From: Lachnospiraceae bacterium | GTDB lineage: Bacteria > Bacillota > Clostridia > Lachnospirales > Lachnospiraceae | Reading direction: 5' to 3' | NCBI GenBank assembly: GCA_021628825.1 | Contig: JAJXRY010000002.1 | Location: 1,338,972-1,402,971, forward strand | DNA length: 64,000 nt | Shown: piece by piece, positions 19,306-29,022 of the stretch | How positions within the stretch are numbered: position 1 is the stretch's first letter | How the letters are laid out: each line of letters starts with the position of its first letter | Notes under the pieces: generated by a model | Told to the model about the DNA's origin: nothing | Seen by the model: the letters and a program-made list of their open reading frames with translations, nothing else | Database searches by the model: none | Translations under genes and position numbers: made by a program

Positions 19306-19581
19306 ATGGTTGATATATATTTTGGAGGAGGATTTCTTACGAACTCTTTAGTGACGGATTTTCAAAATGAATATCCAACAATTCGGATTAAGCCGAATCC
19401 TGATTGTCACGACAGATTGATTGTACTTGATTATGGTGAAGAAACCGAGAAGGTATATCATTGTGGAGCATCCAGTAAGGATGCAGGGAAGAAACTTTGT
19501 GCCATCAATCAGATTACAGAGACAGCAATCATTCATCCGGTAATAGACAGATTACTTTCATTGCCAGATAAAAAAATATAA
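19306..19581 (+). CDS. Hypothetical protein
   Basis: 91-aa ORF. No recognised motif. Confidence 0.25.
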   Translation: MVDIYFGGGFLTNSLVTDFQNEYPTIRIKPNPDCHDRLIVLDYGEETEKVYHCGASSKDAGKKLCAINQITETAIIHPVIDRLLSLPDKKI

Positions 19582-19629
19582 TTAGCGGTCATACTCTGAC
19601 CGAAAAAATGATATTATGAGGTGGTAAGA

Positions 19630-19728
19630 ATGTCTAAAGAAAAGATAAAAGTGTATCTTTACACCCGTGTTTCTACAACCATGCAGATAGACGGATATTC
19701 TCTAGATGCACAGAAAACAAAAAAATGA
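19630..19728 (+). pseudogene. Serine recombinase (resolvase/invertase family) N-terminal remnant
   Basis: MSKEKIKVYLYTRVSTTMQIDGYSLDAQKTKK* carries the catalytic Ser motif (Y.RVST..Q) and terminates after 32 aa. RBS ggtggtaag upstream. Confidence 0.5.
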
Positions 19729-19844
19729 AAGCCTTGACAGAATGGTTCACAAGGCGTTCTGCCTTGAATAAATGGCAAGAACATGCGTAATCCGGTGTAA
19801 CTTAAAAGCTTCCCGTTTGGAGCGGACAGCCTTCCCGCTGAAGC

Positions 19845-20114
19845 GTGCAGGCTGTTCCGTTCAAGCGGAATACGCAGATAGCCACGAAGAGCTTCATTAA
19901 GAGCTATGCCGCCGTATGTCTTGAAGGTGCGGTTATCGTGCTTGTCTGCATTATCTTTTCCCTGTTTGCTTCTTCTCCGCCCGTAGTCAATCCCGATGCG
20001 GCTGCGGTATCTATGGTGTGGAGCTATATCGGGGAGCTTGTATTCAATATGCTCGTTCTTGTCGGTGCTGTCAAAATGGCAGACCGTGTTGTAAGAGAAA
20101 TGATGGGCTTGTAA
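19845..20114 (+). CDS. Hypothetical two-TM protein (possible mobile-element remnant)
   Basis: 89-aa ORF with two hydrophobic segments. Follows the recombinase remnant. No family assigned. Confidence 0.2.
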   Translation: MQAVPFKRNTQIATKSFIKSYAAVCLEGAVIVLVCIIFSLFASSPPVVNPDAAAVSMVWSYIGELVFNMLVLVGAVKMADRVVREMMGL

Positions 20115-20210
20115 ATGTAAATTTTTCTATATCCGTTGACCTCGTTGTATGAAATGAGTATAATATGGTTAGAATATTACTATCACGATTGTTTTTAAGG
20201 AGGAGCAAAT

Positions 20211-20480
20211 ATGAATATTCGTCCATCAGCAGCAATCCGCCAGAACTACAACGAGATTGCAGATATGTGTCGTAAAACGGCAGAGCCGATATTCCTTACA
20301 AAGAATGGTGAAGGAGATTTGGTTGTTATGGATATTGAAACTTATAACCGTCGGGGAAAAAAATGCTGAAGCTAAGAGAAGAACTGCTTGCTGTCGAAGA
20401 AGACAGAATAGCAGGAAGAAATGGCTGCACTCTTGATGAGCTCGATACTTACCTTGACGACGTAATCGCAGAGGTATAAG
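20211..20480 (+). CDS. Type II antitoxin, Phd/YefM family (frameshift in A7/A8 run near 20352)
   Basis: MNIRPSAAIRQNYNEIADMCRKTAEPIFLTKNGEGDLVVMDIETYNRR then, after a frame change, ..LKLREELLAVEEDRIAGRNGCTLDELDTYLDDVIAEV. Confidence 0.55.
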
Positions 20481-20483
20481 CCT

Positions 20484-20803
20484 ATGTCAGATAAAAAAAT
20501 ATAAAGTCATTGTTTCCGACAGAACAAAGCGTATGTTGGGGAACACATATTCGTTTTTATGGCACAGGTTAATAAAGATGCTGCCAAAACGAAAAAAAGC
20601 AAGAGCTTATGGAAGCAATGCGTTCTTTGGAACGTATGCCGCAGCGTTTTCCGTTTTTTGAAGAAGCGTATATGCCGACGAATAAATATCATAAGATGTT
20701 TGTTGCAAAGTGGTATCTCGTTCTTTACCAAATCCAAGATGATACGGTTTATGTGGATTATATCCTTGACTGCCGTAAAGATTACAGTTGGCTTATCCGT
20801 TAA
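20484..20803 (+). CDS. Type II toxin, RelE/ParE family (frameshifted in A-runs)
   Basis: MSDKKYKVIVSDRTK..VNKDAAKTKK.. and track ORF 20609-20803 MEAMRSLERMPQRFPFFEEAYMPTNKYHKMFVAKWYLVLYQIQDDTVYVDYILDCRKDY give the typical RelE/ParE C-terminus. Its start overlaps the antitoxin stop. Confidence 0.55.
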
Positions 20804-20883
20804 AACAGAATATCAAATACACAAATCGTCACTTCACAGCAGGTGGCGATTTTTTTGTACTCAAAAAGGAGGTGCTATGATTG

Positions 20884-21041
20884 GAAGTCAAGATAAATAA
20901 GGAAATCCGTAATTATACGGAGAGTATGTTTTTTGGACTGTCCCTCAGACAGTTCATTTTTTTTCTGTCCTTGCCTGCAGCGTGGCGGTGGGTTTGTATT
21001 TCCTTCTCCGTCCACGGTTTGGTACGGAAATGGAAAGAATT
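20884..21041 (+). pseudogene. TcpE-family (conjugative-transfer membrane protein) N-terminal fragment
   Basis: [27 protein letters not shown] then (frame change at T8) [23 protein letters not shown]. This is the conserved TcpE/ICE N-terminus and it is cut off where the MazF-like reading frame begins. Confidence 0.4.
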
Positions 21042-21227
21042 ATTAAGCGTGGCGACATTTACTATGCGGAGCTTAATTCCGTTATCGGCTCAGAACAAGG
21101 CGGCACAAGACCTGTACTTATCATTTCCAATGATATAGGAAACAAGCACAGCCCGAAACATTCAATTCTTTTTATCAATGTTATGGTGCAGATAGTTGAA
21201 AAAAATACGGAAAAAAAGCGAAGGTGA
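21030..21227 (+). pseudogene. MazF/PemK-family toxin, truncated
   Basis: [42 protein letters not shown] matches the MazF N-terminal consensus, then diverges into ..[23 protein letters not shown]. No cognate antitoxin upstream. Confidence 0.5.
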
Positions 21228-21249
21228 ATGCAGAAAGAGGTTGGGGAAA

Positions 21250-21733
21250 ATGAATGGCATTGAGCTGGCGAAGAAAATCCTTGAAGTAAATCAGGATATA
21301 CAGATATTATTCATTACGGATTATCCGGTTTATATGGCAGAGGGATATGAAGTATATGCCCTGCATTATCTTATGAAACCGGTCAGTCAGGAAAAAGCTG
21401 GTTAAGGTAATGGAAAAGGCAGTAGGAAATTTAAAGAGTCTGGAAAAAAATATATTCTGCTACAGGGGAACGGTGAGAGGCTCCGGCTGCCGGTAAATAA
21501 AATCATCTGTGTGGAAGTGTTTTTCGCATTCCTGTGTGCTTCATATGACCGACGAAACCGTGGAAACAAGAACATCGATCGGTGAACTGGAAAGTGAGTT
21601 GGGAACGGAATTTATCCGGGTTCATCGTTCCTTTCTGGTTCATCTTTCCTACATCAAAAAGATTGTAAAGGCAGAAATTTTTTGGAAAACGGTGAGGCAG
21701 TTCCACTGGCGCGAAGAAAATATGCTGAGGTGA
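21250..21733 (+). pseudogene. LytTR-family response regulator remnant (receiver N-terminus missing; LytTR domain in at least three frames)
   Basis: MNGIELAKKILEVNQDIQILFITDYPVYMAEGYEVYALHYLMKPV is the receiver C-terminal half. Downstream fragments ..GERLRLPVNKIICVEV.. and ..ETRTSIGELESELGTEFIRVHRSFLVHLSYIKKI..ENGEAVPLARRKYAEV are LytTR motifs. Confidence 0.5.
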
Positions 21734-21779
21734 ATCTTGCATTTATCCATTTTTTTATGGAGGAGGACAGGACTTACAA

Positions 21780-22319
21780 TGAAATTAATGGATGTTTTGT
21801 TTGGAAGGATGATTGACCGGAAGATCGTGGAATATGGATCAGGCTTCTCCGTTTGCAGCCAGAATAGAGACCGCACTGATCTGGAAGGTAATGAGCCGCT
21901 TTGCGAAAGATCCGGAGAAGTTCATTGCCAAAAATGAAGAAGCAAATGGCGAAAAAAAGAACATGAGTATAGGAACTACGCCGGATGGCAAAAGAAAGTG
22001 ACGGCTCCTTTATGCTTTCGATTATGGAGGGACTGATTGCCAACATACAGAAGATTGATCCGAAGACCGGAAAGAATCAGTTTTTATTACGATCTGGTAA
22101 CGAAGATCGATGATCATATTGAGGTGGCAGGGTTCTACCGTACATGTCTTTTATGCGGAAGAAATGGGAGAGAAATACCTGAAACGGTATCGCCAGCATT
22201 TTGCGAATCCCGATATTATTCCGTTCCCTTGTGGGCATGAGGGCTGGCTGGCAAGTCCGGACAAGATGCTTCCGGTATTTGACCGTTGTTTGAAAGGCAT
22301 CGGGAAAAGTAATTCTTAA
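21780..22319 (+). pseudogene. Alpha/beta-hydrolase-like gene split over at least three frames
   Basis: Fragments 21813-22001, 22037-22240 and 22110-22319. The last frame ends ..HVFYAEEMGEKYLKRYRQHFANPDIIPFPCGHEGW... A terminator lies at about 22424-22447. Confidence 0.25.
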
Positions 22320-22535
22320 GAGGTATGCCGGAACATAAATAGGAAGGGAAATAGGAAATAAGCTCTGTTTGACGTACTACAGTCAAAAACGTTAAAATAA
22401 TACAGAAGTAATCGAAATAACCGCTAAGTTTGAAAATCAGACGTGGCGGTTTTTTTCTACCTGGAACTTTTTCATTAATAAAAGGAAATTTGCAGGTAAG
22501 CGAATCATGCTGAAAATAAAGAAAGTGAGGTGCAT

Positions 22536-24841
22536 ATGGCAATGAAGAACAGACAACTGCTGGCGTTTGCATTATCAGGAGCGCTGGTAATCAGTACCTT
22601 GGGAGGATGTTCGGCGTTCGGACAGTTGGCAAAAGCAGACAGTTGAAACCGGAAAGGAATATTACGATCAGAATAAGGATTCGGAGCAGGAAGATCCGTC
22701 TTCACAGGAAGATGCAACGCAGGGAAAAACTGATGGAACAGGCAGTGACGGAACCGTAAAGCTGCAGGACCAGGCGGCAGGACAGCAGAGAATTTATTTA
22801 AATGATCTTAGTACGCAGGAGCCGTTACGGGACTATACCCCATCGGTAGCAGCTTATCAGACAGCTCCTGATTTATCGAACATTGAGAACCTTGAACAGT
22901 TCTATGCTTATGATACGGATGAGGATATTTCCGGGAAGCTTGCAGCCAATAACTTTATTGTGATGGATAGTGGATATAGCGAGTTCTTTGATGTGTATGA
23001 ATACAACCGCTATAGTCAGGTGCCGAGCTTTGTGACCGTGGATTCGATGATGCATACCTATCATCTGTATTTTGCGCTGCTGCAGCGGACAACGGAACGG
23101 GATTATCTTGCTTCCATGGTAAAGGAAATGAGCCATTCCATGTATCAGACCTGCCTGACGCAGTATGAGGAATTAAAGGGAAGTGAATGGGAACAGGCAG
23201 CCGCTTTAAATGTGGGATTCTTTGCAGTTGGAGTCTCCCTGATGGGGGATGAAGCAGCAATTTCGATTCCGGATGAAGTGAAGAATGCGGTGGATCAGGA
23301 GTTGTCCTTTATTGAAGCAGCGGACGGCATCTATGATTCAGCACTTTTTGAAGGAGAGATGGAGGACTATTCCCAGTATAAGCCACGTGGCTATTATGAG
23401 GGAGAGGAGGCACTGGAGCAGTACTTCCGGGCAATGATGTGGTATGGACGAAGAAATTTTGCACAGAAACAGGAGCTTACCGACCGGGCAGCACTTCTTA
23501 TGACAATGGCCTTAAGCAATGAGGCCTTTCAGGATTGGGAGGCGGTATATACCATTACGTCCTTTTTTTCGCAGGGGCAAGTGATGATTCCGGATTCTAT
23601 GAATATGCGCCGTTAATCCGTGAGGCTTATGGAGACGGAGCGGGAACCGGAAATCTGATAGGAAATGAGGCTGCATTTGATGCCTTCCATGAGCTTACCG
23701 GAAAGCTTGATCCTCCGGCAATTAATTCTGCTGTTTTTATGGATGATAACGGCGAAACGGATAAGACCCAGGAAGCGAAGGGCTTCCGCTTTATGGGACA
23801 GAGGTTCACTCTCGATGAAGCAATTTTTACCAACCTCACCTACAGTAAGGTCAGGGAAAATGCAGATGGAAGCAATAGAATGCTTCCGATGGCAATGGAT
23901 GTCCCGGCGGTTTTGGGCTCGGATACAGCGAAGAGAATTTTAGAAGATAACGGTGCGTTCGAGTATCAGGGCTATGCAGAAAATATGGAGAAGCTGCAGA
24001 ATGCTGTTCAGAATGCGGACGATACGCTGTGGAACGGCAGCCTTTATGCAGGATGGTTACAGACACTGTGTCCATTGCTTGAGGAGCGGGATGAAGGGTA
24101 TCCATCGTTCATGCGTAACGAGGAATGGCGGAAGAAGAATCTGGAAAGCTTCTTAGGAAGTTATACAGAGTTAAAGCACGATACCGTTCTGTATTCAAAA
24201 CAGATGCTTGCCGAAATGGGTGGCGGTATGGAAGAGATGGATGACCGGGGCTATGTAGAGCCGGAACCGGAGATCTTCCATGCACTGGGAAGCCTTGCGA
24301 AGAATACCTCTGAAGGAATGGAGCGGTTTGGTATTCTTTCGGCGGAGGATAAAGAGAATTTGGAGAAGCTGCAGCAGTTATCCGACCAGCTTGCAGAAAT
24401 TTCGATTAAGGAACTGGAAGGTGGCAGTACCGTAACAGATGAAGATTATGAGCTGATCCGGACATTTGGCGGAAATCTGGAACACTTCTGGAAAGAGACC
24501 ATCAGGGATCAGACCACAGAGGAATACGTTGATTCACGGGATTTCCCGGCAGCACTTGTTGTGGATATTGCGACCGATCCCAATGGCACAATTCTGGAAG
24601 AAGCCATTGGTGGAGTTTCAGAATTTCTGTGGTTGTGCCGGTGGATGGAAAGCTGCGGCTTGCGGTAGGAGGTACATTCAGTTATTATGAATTCACGGTA
24701 CCGATTGACAGCCGGATGACGGACTCCGAATGGAGACAGATGATCGGCATGGAACTGAATGACGATATGGAGTATGAGTATGACAATGAAGTGGAACAAC
24801 CGTCCTGGACGAAGAGCTACCGGTACTCCTGGGACGGATAA
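22536..24841 (+). CDS. DUF3160-like large secreted lipoprotein; at least three homopolymer frameshifts
   Basis: Signal MAMKNRQLLAFALSGALVISTLGGCS. Frames 22960-23616 (NNFIVMDSGYSEFFDVYEYNRYSQVPSFVTVDSMMHTYHLYFALL), 23535-24668 and 24629-24841 join into one protein of about 760 aa. Confidence 0.55.
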
Positions 24842-25301
24842 GGCAGTCCGGCATACAAAATGGATTATAGCAGGTGGAATAGCAGTGGTGGTAAGCATCA
24901 CTGCTGTTTTCACCTTGTGGTGGTATGGAGCTTTTCTGCCCCGCTGGATTACCTGGGAGGAAAGAGAGTTTTCCTATGAAGGCTGTGAGGTGATTTTGAA
25001 AAACCGGACACTCCGGGTGGCGAAAACGGATATGGAGGACACCGGAGACCGTCACCGATTTACGAAAAGAGATCAATCGGAGCACATATGGAAAACTCCG
25101 GCGGACTGGCAGGTGCAGGATGTTCTGGTAATGGATATTGACAGGGATCAGCAGGAAGAGCTGGTACTGCTTATCTGGAAGCATGGGAGCTATGGCAGGC
25201 ATCTTCCCGTCTGGGAGAAAAGAATGACATCCGTCTGGAGCAGCATATCTTCATTTACCGGTTACAGAAGAATACGAAGTATGAGGATGAAGAAGATATA
25301 A
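24759..25301 (+). CDS. Membrane-anchored hypothetical protein (one TM then a soluble domain); may be the N-terminal part of the following CapA-like gene
   Basis: TM WIIAGGIAVVVSITAVFTLWWYGAF. No ATG lies between the upstream stop and the TM, so the start is uncertain. The 3' end runs into the frames of the CapA-like ORF. Confidence 0.3.
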   Translation: MTIWSMSMTMKWNNRPGRRATGTPGTDKAVRHTKWIIAGGIAVVVSITAVFTLWWYGAFLPRWITWEEREFSYEGCEVILKNRTLRVAKTDMEDTGDRHRFTKRDQSEHIWKTPADWQVQDVLVMDIDRDQQEELVLLIWKHGSYGRHLPVWEKRMTSVWSSISSFTGYRRIRSMRMKKI

Positions 25302-25363
25302 GAGCACAGGATGAAACAGCGGCAGAAGGAAAATCCGGAGAACAGAATACCAATACGGATGTA

Positions 25364-26450
25364 ATGAAACCGGTCTGGATGTCTTCTTCACTGGGAAAGA
25401 ATATCCGATCGATTGCCAGAGGAAAAAAGGAAAGCCTGATTTTAAATCCATATTGCGAGACTGGTATAAGCACCCTTTGGGTCTGGAAGGACTTTGGCCT
25501 AAAATATGCAGGAGAGTCCAAAGAGCAGCAGGCGCAGGTGGTCTGTGCAGGTGATAATCTGATTCACTTAAGTCTGCTTGCAGCAGAACAGAAGAAATTA
25601 AGAGACGGAGAAGTGTCAGCAGGGAATTTATACGATTCGTTTTATGATTCTGTCAGGGATAAGCTTCAGAATGCGGATCTGGCAGCTGTAAATCAGGAGA
25701 CGATTTTTGTGGCAGACCACAAGCGTGTCAGTGACTATCCCCGTTTTGGAACGCCGACAGAAGTAGGGGATGCCATGGTGAGGGCAGGCTTCAATCTCAT
25801 TACTCTGGCAAATAACCATGCGCTCGATCAGGGAGTTTACGGAATCGATACAACGACCGCTTTCTGGGAGGAGAAAGGAATTTCCTTTGTTGGGGCGCAG
25901 TCGACAAAAAGCTACAGCGAGGAGGCACAGACGGCCGTCAATTTATGGAAATCAATGGGATCCGCTTTGCGTTTGCTGCATATACCTATGGGACAAACGG
26001 CATGTCGGAGCCGGAAGGCTATCCTCATCTGGTAGAAAAGCTCGGAGACGAAGACCGTATGCACCGGCAGCTTTCGTATGCGAGGAGCCGGGCAGATGTT
26101 GTGATGGTATTTGTACACTGGGGAACGGAGTATGATACGGAAATTGACGATCGGCAGGAGTACTACCGCGACTTTTTTTATCGGGAGGGCGTCGATGCAG
26201 TGATCGGAACGCATCCCCATGTCGTGCAGAAGTGGGAAATTGTTGAAAATAATGGAACGGCTTATGCGGCAGATGCTGTCGGATGGAAAAAAAGGATTCG
26301 GAACAACACAAAATGCTGGTTTATTATTCTCTCGGCAATCTGATCTCCGCGCAGACAAATGAGGAATGCAAAAACCGGAGGACTGGCAGAGTTCACGGTG
26401 GTGAAGAAGGCGGACGGCAGTATTTGTTTTGAAAAGGAAAAGTTACAATA
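25364..26450 (+). CDS. CapA/PGA_cap family metallophosphatase-like protein, frameshifted
   Basis: VVCAGDNLIHLSLL..AVNQETIFV..GFNLITLANNHALDQGVYGIDTTTAFWEEKGISFVGA.. then track ORF 25945-26343 ..VFVHWGTEYDTEIDD..VDAVIGTHPHVVQ.. then ..VYYSLGNLIS in a third frame. Confidence 0.55.
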
Positions 26451-26500
26451 ACACGACATGTTTCTGTAAGAAACGGCAGATATGATACTAATAATCTGAC
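26440..26500 (+). promoter_or_regulatory. Conserved ~50-bp intergenic element (copy 1) upstream of the GH31 gene
   Basis: acaataacacgacatgtttctgtaagaaacggcagatatgatactaataat is 80-90% identical to 39445-39503. It contains a tgaca..tataat-like promoter. Confidence 0.4.
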
Positions 26501-26550
26501 AGGCAGGATTTATAATAATAGTATGGAATGATTCTGATGGAGGAAGAGAT

Positions 26551-28938
26551 ATGCTGAATGTCGTGAAAGGAAAAAGCAGGGCAATTGAAAAAGCAGAAAG
26601 AAAAGAGAACACCCTTTATCTTTATTCTGAAGCTGGAATTCATAGAATAGAGCCGAAAAATGACGCTGTCATAAGGGTGACCTATACACAAAGGGAAGAG
26701 TTCAGCAATACAGAAAAGCCCGGAGTGCTGTTAAGAACCGTATTCCCGGATTGGGATTATATGGAAACGGATACGGAAATATGGCTGAAAATGAGAAGAC
26801 TTACGCTTGTTGTTAATAAAAAGACAGCTTCTTACAGCTATTTTGACAGTCATGGAAAGAAGCTGTTAAAGGAGCGGGAAAGGGAAAGTAAAAATCTGGA
26901 GGAATTTACGGTTTACAGATTGGAAGCACAAAGCAGCAGGATCGAGAAGGTACATACACCGGATGGGGATAAAGAGGTAGTTATGGAAGCTGCCAAAGTA
27001 CCGCTTGGCAAAAGCTATCATACAAGAATGTATCTGGAATGGGCCGAAAACGAAGCCTTATATGGACTCGGACAGCATGAGGAGGGATTTGCCTCCCTGC
27101 GCGGACAGACACTGTACCTGCATCAGGCTAACCGGAAGATAGCAATCCCGCTGCTGGTTTCTACCTTGGGATATGGAATATTGGTGGACACCTATAGTCC
27201 GTTGATTTTTAGTGATACGTCATATGGTTCTTATATTTACACTGAGTCAGATCCGGAAATGGATTTTTATTTTATTAATGGAGAGACCATGGATGGATTG
27301 ATTGCACAATATCGGAGATTAACAGGAAAGGCCGCAATTTTACCAAGATGGGCATATGGATATATACAGTCTCAGGAACGATATGAAACCCGGAAAGAAA
27401 TTCTGGATACGGTAAAGGAGTATCGTAAACGTAATATAGGCATAGATGGAATTGTTCTTGACTGGTGTTCTTGGAAGGGAAACCTTTGGGGGCAGAAAAC
27501 CTTTGATGAAACACGTTTTCCGGATCCGGACAATATGATTGAACAGCTTCATGAGGAACAGGTGCATTTTATGTTGTCTATATGGCCTAATATGGACAAA
27601 GAGACAGAGAATTATAAGGAATTTGAGGAAAGACAGCTTCTTTTGCCGGGATGCAGTATTTATAACGCCTTATCTGAGGAAGGAAGACAGTTGTATTGGG
27701 AGCAGGTGAAAAGGGGATTGTATGCACACGGGGTTGATGCATGGTGGTGTGACAGCAGTGAACCGTTTACTCCGGAATGGAATCATGTGGAAAGGACAGA
27801 ACCGGCAAAAATGTATGCCGAGTACTGTGAAACAACGGAAAACCATCTTCCCACAGAAAAAACAAATGCCTATGCGTTATATCATGCACAGGGAATTTAC
27901 GAGGGACAAAGAGGGGAGCCTGACAACAGAAAACGGATTTTTAATCTTACCAGAAGTGCATGGACCGGGCAGCAGCGTTTTGGAACAGTCCTCTGGTCAG
28001 GAGACATAGAGGCTTCATGGGAGACACTCCGAAAACAGATTGCAGCAGGCTTACAATTCAGTGCCAGTGGTCTGCCATTCTGGACAGTGGATATAGGTGC
28101 ATTTTTTGTAAAGAATGGTAATCTCTGGTACTGGAAAGGACATTATGATGCAGGAACAGAGGATCTGGGATATCGGGAATTGTTCGTCAGATGGTATCAG
28201 TGGGCATGCTTCCTTCCGGTATTCCGCGGGCATGGAACAGACTGCAGAAGAGAACTTTGGCATTTTGAAAATACAGAAATCCCTTTTTATGATGTTCTTG
28301 TACAAATGAATCATCTGAGATATACACTGATGCCTTATATTTATTCCTGTGCCGGCCTGTGCTGGCTGAAGGATCGCTCCATGATGAAGCTGCTTGCTTT
28401 TGCCTATCCGGAAGAAACAGCAGTTTTTCATATTATGGATCAGTATTTGTTCGGAGAAGAACTGATGGTTTGTCCGGTCACAGAACCTATGTATTATGGA
28501 GAAAATTCATCAGAACTTACGGATACCGTTAAAACAAGGAGGGTATATCTGCCGGAGGCACACGGCTGGTATGATTACTGGACCAATACCTATTACGAAG
28601 GGGGACAGTGGATTGAGGTCTGTGCATCTATTGACCGAATACCATTATTTGTCAAAGAAGGAGGGATCCTCCTGAAGACAGACTTTGCCGGTTCCACAAA
28701 GGAGCTTGACGGTAATTGCAGCGTTACGGTTTATACCGGCCGGGATGGCTGCTTCGACTTCTACGAGGATGAAGGTGAGGGGTATGACTATGAAGAGGGA
28801 AAATATCGTCTTACCAGACTGACCTGGAAGGAAGCAGACAGGACTCTCAGCACAGAGGTGATGACACCGGAATCCCGGTGGAGCAATATAGACAGGCTTT
28901 ATCAGATCCAAAAGGTATATATGGTAGAAAAAGAGTAA
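26551..28938 (+). CDS. Glycoside hydrolase family 31 (alpha-xylosidase/alpha-glucosidase-like)
   Basis: 795-aa intact ORF with GH31 catalytic-region motifs (..GIDGIVLDWCSWKGNLWGQKTFDE.., WWCDSSEPF, ..FLPVFRGHG..). Confidence 0.8.
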   Translation: MLNVVKGKSRAIEKAERKENTLYLYSEAGIHRIEPKNDAVIRVTYTQREEFSNTEKPGVLLRTVFPDWDYMETDTEIWLKMRRLTLVVNKKTASYSYFDSHGKKLLKERERESKNLEEFTVYRLEAQSSRIEKVHTPDGDKEVVMEAAKVPLGKSYHTRMYLEWAENEALYGLGQHEEGFASLRGQTLYLHQANRKIAIPLLVSTLGYGILVDTYSPLIFSDTSYGSYIYTESDPEMDFYFINGETMDGLIAQYRRLTGKAAILPRWAYGYIQSQERYETRKEILDTVKEYRKRNIGIDGIVLDWCSWKGNLWGQKTFDETRFPDPDNMIEQLHEEQVHFMLSIWPNMDKETENYKEFEERQLLLPGCSIYNALSEEGRQLYWEQVKRGLYAHGVDAWWCDSSEPFTPEWNHVERTEPAKMYAEYCETTENHLPTEKTNAYALYHAQGIYEGQRGEPDNRKRIFNLTRSAWTGQQRFGTVLWSGDIEASWETLRKQIAAGLQFSASGLPFWTVDIGAFFVKNGNLWYWKGHYDAGTEDLGYRELFVRWYQWACFLPVFRGHGTDCRRELWHFENTEIPFYDVLVQMNHLRYTLMPYIYSCAGLCWLKDRSMMKLLAFAYPEETAVFHIMDQYLFGEELMVCPVTEPMYYGENSSELTDTVKTRRVYLPEAHGWYDYWTNTYYEGGQWIEVCASIDRIPLFVKEGGILLKTDFAGSTKELDGNCSVTVYTGRDGCFDFYEDEGEGYDYEEGKYRLTRLTWKEADRTLSTEVMTPESRWSNIDRLYQIQKVYMVEKE

Positions 28939-29022
28939 CGATTCTGTACAAGCGGAAGCTTTTGCTTCTGAAGCGATAAAAAAATCATTTGATCATGTAA
29001 GATCAGAAGAGGAGGAAAAAGA

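Noticed and set aside
24509-25202. Minus-strand ORFs 24509-24913 and 24693-25202
   Set aside because: Antisense to the DUF3160 C-terminus and the membrane-anchored ORF. No supporting features.
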